64,000 bases of DNA from Octopus vulgaris (Eukaryota): positions 135,408,001 through 135,472,000 of the forward strand of contig OX597818.1 in the NCBI GenBank assembly GCA_951406725.2, read 5' to 3'. Below the pieces are notes generated by a model, which searched no databases, was not told the DNA's origin, and saw only the letters and a list, made by a program, of their open reading frames with translations. A program made the position numbers and the translations under genes. This document shows, one piece after another, positions 1 to 11,911 of this stretch (position 1 is its first letter; each line of letters begins with the position of its first letter).

Positions 1-2321
1 TATATCTATATACAAAAGACAACATGTATTTTATTTATGACATACATAAAACAAGAGATGTATTACAATTTATAGTAAGAGTTTATACGTCTTAACTTAT
101 AACATTATGCTCTACAATACATGCTATAGTTTGCTCAGATCTTACGGCTCAACTGATTGCTGATTAGAAAACGATTTATCTCACAGAATCACATTAAAAT
201 CAGCATAGCAGAGGATTTATTCCTTAGACGTTTCAACGACGAAAGCAATTCGGTCAGACAGATTTGTTGTCGGATATTAAAACATTTTTTTAACTAAACA
301 TCCTCTTCTAAAAGGTGAGGATTCTTTAAACCAAATTTATATCTGATTAAAAGTTTTATTCGTGCTACTCGAAAATCTGCTACAGAATATTAAAATCATT
401 TCTACAACAAAACTGCAGTAATAAAAAATTAGTGAAAAACACTGATTTCAATCTGAATGAAGTCGAGACAGAATTTCTATTTTAAATCCAATTTTTTTTC
501 AAAGACTTGCCTAGAAATCTCTAGTCATACATTACATAATATAAAAAATAGATAAATATAGCTAAAATCAAATTAAGATGGTGGTAAAACAGTGAATAAC
601 ATAGTAACCCAATTTTAATCTTAAATTTCAGTCAGTTGAGAAGCTAAAAAGCCAACATTATGTAGATTATGTTCTTGGTATATTTTAATCGACAGCATAG
701 TATCCAAAGAGATGTTATAATGCTTAGGTTTTTTGTAACAAAATGTTCATTTCCAGATTCCCATATTATCAAATTTTCATTTCTACAAATTCTTAATCGT
801 GCTTTCCCTATCGTTATCATTATTATTATTATTACGGGCAGATACACTTTTAGAATTAAAAGTTAACAGAATTATATTTGAAAAAAAAAAAAAAAAATGA
901 ACACAATTTAAAATTCTAGCGACTTCTTTTCGTTACTTTAGATTTAGCAACTTTGGAATTATTCTAACGTAAAGTTTAGAACTATTAAGTTAAACGGCAA
1001 ATAAGCTATTTTCGACGAGGGTCCTCATTGTGCTGTCAAAACTGATACAAGAATTTCTCCTCATTCAAACAATGACGTTTTCTCTAGACTTCGTTACACA
1101 CAGACTAATAATAACCAAAAGTAAACCATTTATTCTCTCTCAACAAGAATTCTTTTAAATGTATATATATATATTAACCTATATAATTCCTATAATCAAA
1201 ATTGTTTATTATTGCTTCAGTAATTCATTTACGTTAAGTCAAGTTATTGATAAATTTAAAAAAAAATAAAAATAAAAGCAAATGTCAGAATAGTTGTACA
1301 TTTAGATTTAATGGAAATTTCCCTTTGAATCCGTACAAAAATTCATGAATTATATAACATCGACGGAGATCTAGAAGGAGAGAATTCATATCTAAAGAAC
1401 AAAATGGAAATGGTTAATTTTTTTCATTCTCTCCACAACGAAATAATTAATCCCTTTCAAATTATCCTTACAATAATTTTCGAACTCGGCGATATTGAGA
1501 AAAATCTAAACACACACAAGTACCTAATAAATATATTAATAATCATTTCTTTAATCTAATAAAATTATATTTCATAAAATTTAATTTCTCCATTCACGAT
1601 GTCTTAATTAATATTAGAGGTGCTTTTTTAAATTAAGGAGACTTACCACTTACTTCAAACATAGATCTCAGTCTTAATTAATACGGTTGCTTTTTTTTAA
1701 AAAAAAAATGATTTTACCTACAATCTAATAAATAGTAATAAATATTTGATGATTCAAGATGCAGTTATAATTATTGCAAGCAACGAATATTTAAAAGATT
1801 TTTAATTTTACAACAATCATTACATTTGGAAATTAACAAGTCGAGCATGTTTTAACTAGCTCTCATGGTACTCAGTATTTAAGGGGAAATACTGACCCTT
1901 CATCTCCCTAATTCACTTATATCGCAACCCTTCTGGATTTCTACATACAAAAGAACTTCAAGTCATAGGTGCTAGCTTCTTGATCTCTAATTATAAATGT
2001 AGAAAATGGAGAACTAAACACTGCCTGAGAGAGAGAGACAGACAGACAGTAAATATATATATGTATATATAAACACACACACACACACCACACAGACACA
2101 TAGATATATTTATATACATACAAAGGCTTAGAATGACCATAAACAAGGTTAATAGAGTAGAAATAGATCATAAGCTATCGGTAGGAGAGACAAGATATTT
2201 AAAACAGCTGATTATATAAAACTGATCGTTGAAAGACGAGTTTTTTCACAATATGAAGAACGAAGTAGTGCTTTCAGAACAATAGAATGCATTAGAAATA
2301 TATTCCAACAAACACACACGC

Positions 2322-2345
2322 ACATATATATGTATGTGTGTGGTG

Positions 2346-2378
<33 letters not shown>

Positions 2379-2523
2379 ATATATATATATATGTATGTGT
2401 ATATATATATGTATGTATGTGTATATATATATGTATGTATGTGTATATATATATATGTATGTGTATATATATATATGTATGTGTATATATGTATGTATGT
2501 ATGTGTGTGTATATATATATATA
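2322..2523. repeat. Compound (TA)/(TG)/(TATG) microsatellite
   Basis: Pure alternating purine-pyrimidine tract; explains spurious ORFs 2330-2535. Confidence 0.95.
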
Positions 2524-2633
2524 CTAAGTAATTAAGGGTTTAGCAACGATTTGCCTCACCACACACCGAATTTAGAAATAGCAGTCAAAGGGTTATGGCT
2601 ATTCTTTCTACATATATATATATGAATGTATGC

Positions 2634-2671
<38 letters not shown>

Positions 2672-2895
2672 GTATAGACGTTGAGAAATCTAAAACTTTT
2701 ATATTTTTTTTACAAGAGAAAAGATATTCTTTATGCGTATTTGCGTGGTTGGGAAACGAAACTTCAAAATACACATACAAAAACGGTTCTTCATAAAAGA
2801 GACGAGAGATTAGGTTAGATTAGATTAGATTAAGAAAAAGGAATAATAATAATAATAATAATAATAAAAGAAAGCACTTAAATTGTTAGACATAC

Positions 2896-3094
2896 CTCGA
2901 TACATCTGAGCAATAGCAGTGGCCGAATTCTGAAAAGCCGACCAAAGTTTTTGAGCAGCGTATTCTCTTTCTGTTTGCAATCTCTCCTCCATGTTGGGCT
3001 CAGCGTCCAATTCTTGGAGGCACTGACTCTCGAAATTGTTCAGCCAGTTCTCTCCCAGCTGATCCGATTGCTGCTGGCCTTCGTCTTGAGCCAT
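2896..3094 (-). CDS. HAPSTR1: HAPSTR1/C16orf72 (TAPR1, DUF4588) first coding exon; remaining exons not found in window
   Basis: ATG at 3094 gives MAQDEGQQQSDQLGENWLNNFESQCLQELDAEPNMEERLQTEREYAAQKLWSAFQNSATAIAQMYR, matching the HAPSTR1 N-terminal motifs (W..E.QCL.E; QKLW..FQNSATA.AQ.Y); phase-1 donor G|gtatgt at 2896/2895. Confidence 0.9.
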
Positions 3095-4815
3095 GGCAAT
3101 GAAATGAAATCTGTGCCGCCAGTATTCCGGCTTATTGTTTCGTCTCTCTCCCCTACTGTTTTTTGTTTTTGTTTTGTTGTTTTGTTTTAAAAAAATTATT
3201 ATTGTTTTTTTTTTTTTTTTGTTTTTAATCTTTTTTTGCAAGCTACAGAAAACTTTGACGAGGAAACAACTCTTTTCTCAACAGCATGATGATGATGGCG
3301 TTATACGTATATATATATATATCAATGAGAAAAGGGTGAAAGGATGGGGAAAATAAGGGGTAAGCGGGCGGTCGGTCGGTCAAAGAAATATGAAAGAAGG
3401 GCGGCGGCGGCGGCGACAACGGAGGAGATGGTGGCAGAGTAGATAATAGTTTCATACGTAATAAGGAGCGCTGCTTATTTTTTAAACGTTTACATATAAA
3501 CTGAGCGCTCATCAACTCTAATGAAGAAGAAAATAAAAAAAGCTGGAATACCGGTAAAGATTAACCAATACACAAGCGTAGTTATTAACAGTGATACGTC
3601 GTTCTTAGCTTCAAATATATAGCAGGGTAACCCAAGTAGTAGATAGATATTGGTGTATATATATATACATACATGTAGATGTATGTATGTATATGTGTTG
3701 TAGGAGACCCCTGCAATAGAAAATAGACAGAGTTTTAGTGGTGGGTTGCCTTTTTTTTTTCTCCAATTGTTATGAAAAAACTGTATGAAATAATAATAAC
3801 TAAGTTATCTTTCACGGTGGAACAATATATTGTATTATTCTCTCAATTTTTTCCCCTTCATTACACTATCTTCCGTATTGCGTTTCTTCCGTCTCCTCCA
3901 ACTTTATTCCGGAAGAACTAGCTTACGCACGCGCATCGCCTCAAAAAAAACAAAACAACAACAACAAAAAAAAGAGATATTCGCATATAGAGATACGTAT
4001 ACGTATATACAGAGAAACATAAGCGTACTCAGGCAGAGGCACACACATATACGCACGCATTCACTCCGTACGAACCGGAAACAATCAAAGGAGTTTCACT
4101 TCCTTTACAAAACAAAGACTAATGTTGTAAACACTAATAAATTTTTGGTATGAATAAAAAGAATAAACTTAATTACTGACATACGATAAAGATTTATAAT
4201 TTCTGAGAAGGTAACTGAGAAAATCGATTTTCCTCATATACATATGTGTATGTGTGTGTATGCATACATTCTCGATTTTATGAACGTCATTTACCGATTT
4301 AAATGAAATTGAATATTTAGAGATTACAGCTGTTTTCCCTAATTTATTTATAGAAATATATCATTTCAAGCATGCAAAAATTGTAACTAATTAACGGTAT
4401 TTTAGATATCACACGCGTGTATATATATATATATATATATATACATGTACACACGCACACACAAAACGGAATATTCCGATTAGCTACGATTGTTATAAAT
4501 GAACAAATGTTTGTATTATTTCTTTAAAAAGAAAAAAAAAATGATAGAATAAGCTAATATTGTCTCAAGCTTTAATACATAAAATCTGATTTAAATTTTA
4601 GCCAATGTGAGAATTGAACAATTAGGCTACTAGAGCAGGTTATCCGATCTGGTGCGACGGAATATACCGGGAAAATCCGAAAATAATCGGAGCGAATCCA
4701 ACCGAAGAACAACGACGCCAAAGCAAAAGATTACCGCCACGAAGTTGTGAAAAAATTTTTTTTTTTTTTCGTTTTTACTTGAAACCGAACGACGCTGCCT
4801 CTGGCCGCAACAGAC
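3095..4815. promoter_or_regulatory. Probable shared (bidirectional) promoter/5'UTR region between HAPSTR1 (-) and USP7 (+)
   Basis: Lies between divergent start codons; locally CpG-rich versus introns; ETS-like CCGGAA (~3909, ~4075), NRF1-like GCACGCGCAT (~3927), GGC repeats near 3400. Confidence 0.6.
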
Positions 4816-4843
4816 ATGACAGCCAAGGTCTCTCCGTCGGACG
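4816..4843 (+). CDS. USP7: USP7 putative alternative first coding exon 1a (MTAKVSPSD, phase 1)
   Basis: cagacATG followed by 9 codons and a consensus donor CG|GTGAGT in phase 1, compatible with the exon 2 acceptor; CpG-rich context. Confidence 0.55.
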
Positions 4844-4906
4844 GTGAGTATAGAGGATCGCGTATTACTAAAGCGAGCGGCTTACCCAACCTCCCCAAGC
4901 ATGGTA

Positions 4907-4919
4907 GGCGGCCATCTTG
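4907..4919 (-). promoter_or_regulatory. YY1-type motif (CAAGATGGCCGCC on - strand)
   Basis: GGCGGCCATCTTG on + strand about 60 bp downstream of the exon 1a donor. Confidence 0.45.
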
Positions 4920-5134
4920 TTTATTTTTGTTCATCTTCGACCTGGAAGTGAAGAAATAGAAGAATCCGACTTCAATCCCTCCATTCGCTTCATTTCTACC
5001 AGCTTCCAAATCAACAACAAACCTCACATTGCCTAAATAACAGTTTTTTTCTTTTTGCCTTCTGCTATATTTGTTTTTTACATATAATAATATATATATA
5101 TACACCTGTTCAATTTCAAAAAAAAATTGTCCAA

Positions 5135-5149
5135 CACACATATATATAC

Positions 5150-5200
<51 letters not shown>

Positions 5201-5361
5201 CCCTTAGTTCTCTTTCTTTCTCTCTCTCTTTCTATCTCTCTCTTTCTCTCCCTCTCTTTCTTTCACTCTCTCCTCTCTTTCACTCTTTTTCTTTCTCTCC
5301 CTCCCTCTTTCTTTCTATCTCTTTCTCTCCCTCTCTCATTCTCTCTCTCTCTCTCCCTCTC
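5135..5361. repeat. (TA)n followed by (CT)n-rich polypyrimidine tract
   Basis: Direct reading. Confidence 0.9.
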
Positions 5362-6685
5362 AACTATATTTATGTATACGAAAATATACATGTTTGTTCT
5401 TCCACCGTATGTATATATAGGTTGTCGTCCTAAACTAACAAATTACAGAGATCGTATACAACATAGCTGACCAAATTTGAGTTTTACTACGCATCTATAT
5501 AACCAGTTTTTTTTCCTTTTTTTTTTCTCTTCCTCTGCCATTGACCAAATTCTTTGCACCGATTCCTTATATTTTCTCCTAATCTAATCTTCTCCATACT
5601 TGCACACCAACCAACCAACCAACCAAAACAAGAAAAAAAAATGCCTACTTTAACCGTTGTAAGTTTCACCCTTTAATGTGGACATTATTGGCAAAATTAG
5701 TTCAGTACCTAACTGTGTGGGAAAAGCAGAAAAATCACAGAAAACATCTTTCTGATATATATTTACCATTCATTTATTTACATAGGTGTCTTATCTGGAG
5801 ACATCATCTCACACAGATATCTCCATTTGTTATTAGTTTACACACATAGCCACATACTTATACACATATATACTATATATACACTATATATATACTATAT
5901 ATAGCTGTATCTATCTATCTCTATGTGTATTTTATGTGTGGAGCAATAATAGTAGGACATTTAAGTTGATATTGCTCTCTCTTCTCTCTTCAAAGCTTTC
6001 CTCTCAAGAACATTCTTACCTTCCATAAGTATTAAGAGAACATTTTTCCAGCAACGTAGTTTATTATCCAAACTAATTCTAATACATTTGATTTATATTT
6101 ATATCTTTAACCATTGAGATTATCTCGTTATATTCTTTCCTAATTACCGTTGCAACCTGCATTTGTCTGTATTAATATTTAGTATTATTCTATTATATAA
6201 TAATTATTGACAGTATTAATTAATTTGAAAGCAAGTCATTTCTCATTAATTTTACTGTTGTTGACTGAAATTGCAAACATAAACACACCTACACTTTATA
6301 TACATAATTTGCATACCTAAAATAAACACACATAAATTCAAATTTTACACACACACACATATATATATATATCTACATATATATCCACATATCCACACAA
6401 GCACTTTATCTTTTTTCCCCTTTGCTCGGTCGATCGTTTCCCCCCATCCCCCTCCACACAGGGGGGAAACCTTTTTCATTAATTTGTTCGCCTACTTAAA
6501 AAAAAAAACTTAGCCGGGAGTGCTTTGTCCCTTCCCCCGTGGTGGAAGGGGTCTGAAATACTGCAGACATTGGGCGCATCACCAGTAAACACGTCAAAGT
6601 GACTGTGTCGCAGAAAAGTCCTTCGACTCCGAGGCGAGAACATCGCCATAAGACGGTCACTGGAGGCGCTGGCGAGGAGGACACG

Positions 6686-6797
6686 ATGAACCATGTTAAT
6701 GGCAAGACGACAGACACACAGGAGGCTGAGCAGCCACTACTGCACCACCAACAACCACAACAACAACCGCAGGATGTTGAGATGGAATCCAGAGAGG
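6686..6797 (+). CDS. USP7: USP7 exon 1 (MNHVNG...QQPQQQPQDVEMESRE)
   Basis: Resembles the human N-terminus MNH-polyQ-...EDMEME; phase-1 donor G|gttagc. Confidence 0.85.
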
Positions 6798-8000
6798 GTT
6801 AGCAAATAATATATTTATATATATATATATACACACATACATATATACACATATATAAACATATACATCTCATTCTCATCTCATCTCATAGTATTTTTCA
6901 ATTTTTTTTTTCAAACCATTTCAGTTTTAATGTTTCAATCATTATTGCTTCTGTTTCTTTGTTGTTGTTATATCTATTCTTCATATGTAAATATTTTCCA
7001 GAATGTCTTTTATATTTTTCCCATTTATTTTAAGAAAGAAAGGAAGGAGGATCAGTTTTGAAGTGTGAAGTCATCTTTTTTCCCCCTTTCCAAAAACTTC
7101 TCTTTTTTCCCATCTTTATATAAATCTCTCATCATCTCTGTATATTATTTTCATCTTACCCATAAATCTCTTCTTTATTAATTTTCCTCCCCGTTTAATA
7201 GAAACCAAACCAGTAAAAAAATGCATTTGCAATAAATAATAAATAAATAATATATGATGGAGTAATCTCATCCAGCCATGGTAGAAGAGAGAAAATAGGG
7301 GGGGACGAAATGGTTACAATGTGAGGGACCTGTATTACATGAACACAGTATACAAAACCGGTCCCCCACTTTTTAACCAGCTATTAAATAACATTGCACC
7401 GGTCATTCCGTTTCCAATTTGCTATTTAATACTCTTTACATTTTAAAGTATTTTCCCAGTTTATTTCCTTTTTAAAACCTGCATTGTCAATAAAGATCCA
7501 TTTATTTACTTTTATTTCAAACCCAGCCAAGAACGCTCCATCTTTTTTCTCCATTATTCGTAGACCGTCTCTCTTATTATAAAAATCTCTCTCTCTCATC
7601 TTTTTAGTCCTCCCCACATAATTATTATTACCATTGAATTCCTTATATATTTCCCCCTCATCGATCGATCAATGGAAACTTTAGTTTCATTGCTCACTTC
7701 ATTGCACATTGCCCGATGTTTATACGCATACATGTATGCGTGTATATATATATACACACACATATATGTATACATACATACACACCACGTATATATACGT
7801 TAGAAATGAAAACGCCTGTCCTTTTATATTTGAACTAAAACCACCGATTCATGTGATGTTAGTGTTTTATTTCGTCGATTTTTATCCGTGAAACATTTAT
7901 ATACCATATTTATGTATAACCATTTATTTTGCTTGGACATCCTCCCCCCCTCCATCTGGCCTCCATTTTCTATTTAATGTTTGGTTAAAGATGCGTAAAG

Positions 8001-8464
8001 GTGTGTGTGTGTTTGTGTGTATATATATATATATATGTGTGTGTGTGTATATATATATATATGTGTTTATGTTTTCCAGTTTCAGCTCTTGAGCTGTGGC
8101 CATGCTGGGGCACCGCCATATATATGTGTGTGTGTGTGTGTGTATATATATGTGTGTGTATATATATATATATGTGTGTGTGTGTATGTATGTGTGTGTG
8201 TATGTATATGTATGTGTGTGTGTGTGTGTATATGTATGTGTGTGTGTGTGTATGTGTGTGTGTATGTATGTGTGTGTGTGTATATATGTATGTGTGTGTG
8301 TATGTATATATGTATGTGTGTGTATATATATATGTGTGTGTGTATGTATGTGTGTGTGTGTGTATGTATGTGTGTATGTATGTGTGTGTGTGTGTATGTA
8401 TGTGTGTGTATGTATATATATGTATGTGTGTATGTATATATATGTGTGTGTGTATGTATATATA

Positions 8465-8499
<35 letters not shown>

Positions 8500-8610
8500 G
8501 TGTGTGTGTATATATATATATGTGTGTATATCTGTATGTGTGTATATATATATATGTGTGTATATCTGTATGTGTGTATATATATGTGTGTGTGTGTGTA
8601 TATATATATT
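8001..8610. repeat. ~600 bp compound (TG)/(TA) microsatellite with an embedded SINE 3' fragment (~8070-8118, - strand)
   Basis: Direct reading; ttccagtttcag...gtggccatgctggggcaccgcc is the reverse complement of the SINE tail seen at ~24355-24395. Confidence 0.92.
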
Positions 8611-9289
8611 AATACACATGCACACGCAATAAATATGGTTGTTGCTTTAGATAGTGATTTAATTAATCCAGCTACATGGTTGTTACCGAGAAGAAACTAG
8701 TCTACACAATTATAAGTGACTACCGTTATGTCTGTCTGTACACCATCATTGTACTTACTGTTGGCCATTTCTTGACAACGAACTGCATATATTTAAAGAA
8801 TTTAAGATCTGATGTGAGCCAGAAGATGTTGTGAACTTTCTGTATTACTAATATTATTATGATTGTATCTGCGACATAACCATCTTTCTCCTTCACCGAC
8901 CATTGGGGAGGAAACAGTCGAACAGCTTGTTCTTTTTACCAACACAATCCATTAAATTTCTCTCTTACATGTTGGTTTTTCTTTACATTGCAATTAAAAT
9001 ATTTGGTATTTCCAACATTAAGACGTTGCTCCATGCATTCTATTTGTTCATTGCCATGTGGCAAATGCCCTGAAATGTGCATTTATTTAACAATTATAAA
9101 CTGAACTTCATATTAAAATAACCACGTTGCTTTTTATTATATTATAAGAGAACAATAGCTTCCGGACGGTTCAGTATTTACGAAATAAAACCATCCTAGA
9201 ATAAACATCTCGGCATATATATAGATATAAACACGTAACAAACCTTTACAATTAAGCTTTTCATAAAAATTAATAGGACATGATTTTTT

Positions 9290-9330
<41 letters not shown>

Positions 9331-11782
9331 TGTCGTTGAAAGAGATACTGTTTCAGTTTTCATACTTCGGATAGAAAATTTGCCTAAAAAAATTATATCA
9401 CTTTACTCTTTAATTTCATATTTGAAGATTATACGAAATCAGTTTACCTGACATTTGTAACTGATCAACTTCGGTTACCTTAATTGAAAAAATTATAAAT
9501 CTTGTTTTTGCTATCATAGTTTTGTAAATAAGTTTGTCACTGTTTTCTAAACGTAAAATTCAATTCTTTTTCAAATTTATATTTTTATTGTAGTTCTTTT
9601 TAGAAAGCTGTGTTTCATATTATGTAGAGCAGGGTGAAGGCTTATATGTATGAAGCCGTGATTAAATAATGTTATATTAAATGCTATTAACAGCTGTAGA
9701 TAGTTGACAGATTACCTTTATTTATAGTCACATAAAAAACATAACGAAACTCTTCATAAAATTTAATTTGGATAAAGAACACCTTGTACGAATCAGTTAA
9801 ACTTTTGTCTCCATTTATTTGTAGCTACTAATGTTTCCCCCTTGTCTCGTAGGATCTTAGAAGTTAATTTAAGAAAGCTATTGCTACATCACAGTAACTT
9901 GTGCTCTAGTTGGGTTTTTTTTTCCATATCTGCAGCATGTATTTGTGTATATAAAACCCCATGATAAATTAGGTATTAGCCAGGCATGTACAGTGGCTCG
10001 TGCTGATCTGATATATGCAATCAAAGCCTATCTAGAATATCTTCAGGAAAAAAGAGAAGCAGGGTTCTAATCACAGTGAACTCTGTTAAAGGTAGTCAAG
10101 AACCACAGTAATATTCACATTCATTTTTCTAGTCTTATATATAGACTATGAACAGTCCATGGGAGTTCTCCAATAAAGGTCACCTGTTAGAAATAGCAAA
10201 CCTCCCTCAAATCACTCTCTATGGCCTTAAATAAAAGGCTAATTTGTTCATAGATCGCATAAGGACAGCACTATATAAGCCTTTTGATTCTTAACTCAAC
10301 TTAATTTTGTCACAAAAGTTTGTTCGAGTCATTGTTGCTTGGTATTAAGTATTGAATGAGAATAAAGAAAAGTTTCCATAAGGCTACTGAACAAGCTTAG
10401 TTCTGTGTCTGCTCTGTCAACCTGAACAGAGTAGTCATATAGAATACGTTTCACAATAGCTAGAGCAAGATTGTTTTCATGAGTTTGGGCCAAATGGTTT
10501 TGCTATTGGATGTTTTTGGAACCACTTTAAATAAGAATTTGAAGTAGAACCTGTTTGTCAACCAGAAGCAATTTTTTTAAACCCAAGTGCAAGTGACTAG
10601 TTGTAGTCGAGTTGAAACTCTTGACCATAGTTCAACAGCACTGTAACCTTACACAAACTATTTGACCTTATTTTACCCAGAATTGATTTTTCAAGGTATT
10701 AATTTGGAATATAAAAAGTTCCTCAGAAAGTAAACAAAGGATATTGGTTTCTGTATAAATAGACAGTACTAGAATTTTGTTTATTGTTCAGTTATTGCCA
10801 TGGTTACCTCAAGTTATAAATCATCTAGTGAAACTGCTTGTCTCGGTCACTGGAAGTTTTCTGACACTGCTGTGTAGCAGTCTCTCTATTATCAGTTCAT
10901 TGACCTACTTGCTGCTGTCAACACCTTTCCTCATTCTCGGACACTTTTGCCAGAGCCATTAATGCAGAGTGAATATCTACAAAACATCCCATAATGTGAA
11001 TTTGATCATTTAAGTTTCATTTGACAAAAATACATCAGCTTCATACAAACTTCCGGCATTGTCCTCTCAACTAAGTACTCCCACATGCCTCAGCAATACT
11101 AAACCTATTCTTTCTGATAACCTCTCATAGAGGCCCTACATTCTTTACATTAGCCAAGCCAACCATTAAAGACTGCAAACCCTAAATTTACTATACAAGT
11201 ACAGTCACACATTCAGGATGTCTGTAGCGTAGATTCTCCAACCACTGGCTTTACTACAATCTGTGTCCTTACATTGTCTTTTCTACTATAGTTATCCCTT
11301 CATAGTGTTGTTCATTTGGTAGCTGTTGTTTGTAACCAATTTTCTGATATTCAGCCAACATGTCTTCCCTTTTAATAGGAAACGGGGCCAGTTGTTGGTG
11401 TCTTTCTCACAAAAATTGAACTGTTTTAATCCAATAGCTCATTTCGTAATTTTACACTGCAGCTATTTGTTTACAGTAGTGGTACCTTCATAGAGCTGAA
11501 TAGGTGGGCAATTGAAAAAATAAAATGTTTTGACCACAGCACAGGAGCGATGAAAGACACCAATTTCTCAGCTGGTTAACTAGTACAATTTTTTTAAAAT
11601 TTTCACTCTCATCATCAGTACTTTCTTCCCCCTCTGTTCATTTAGATTTCATACTAAATCTCTATAAGAACTGCTTCTTTCTAAAATCAGCTTCATATTC
11701 ACAAATCTCTCTTTCAAATTGAATATCAGCTACACTCACCTTGCCAAATATCTTACTATCCCTTTTTTTGTTATGGGGATTC

Positions 11783-11911
11783 AAACAGGCTACAACCATA
11801 ATCTTACTAACCAGTATAGATACATAAAATTGTCAAAATTGACTTAAACAGGCTACAACCATAATCTTACTAACCAGTATAGATACATAAAATTGTCAAA
11901 ATTGACTTAAA
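11783..11911. repeat. Perfect 63-bp tandem duplication
   Basis: aaacaggctacaacc...caaaattgactt begins at both 11783 and 11846. Confidence 0.95.

Noticed and set aside
2330-2535. Three overlapping Y/I/V/C/M-rich ORFs
   Set aside because: Translation of a (TA/TG) microsatellite
1-2895. Further HAPSTR1 exons
   Set aside because: No W.PFQ.AA-type second motif or convincing exon found by eye; probably intron, with the remaining exons outside the window
3095-3241. Lys-rich N-terminal extension of ORF 2825-3241
   Set aside because: Starts at a non-ATG codon in A/T-run 5'UTR-like sequence; homology begins at ATG 3094 and ends at the donor at 2896
7924-8700. Long His/Thr/Tyr- and Cys/Val-rich ORFs (178-233 aa)
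   Set aside because: Compound microsatellite lacks stop codons by composition; not a gene
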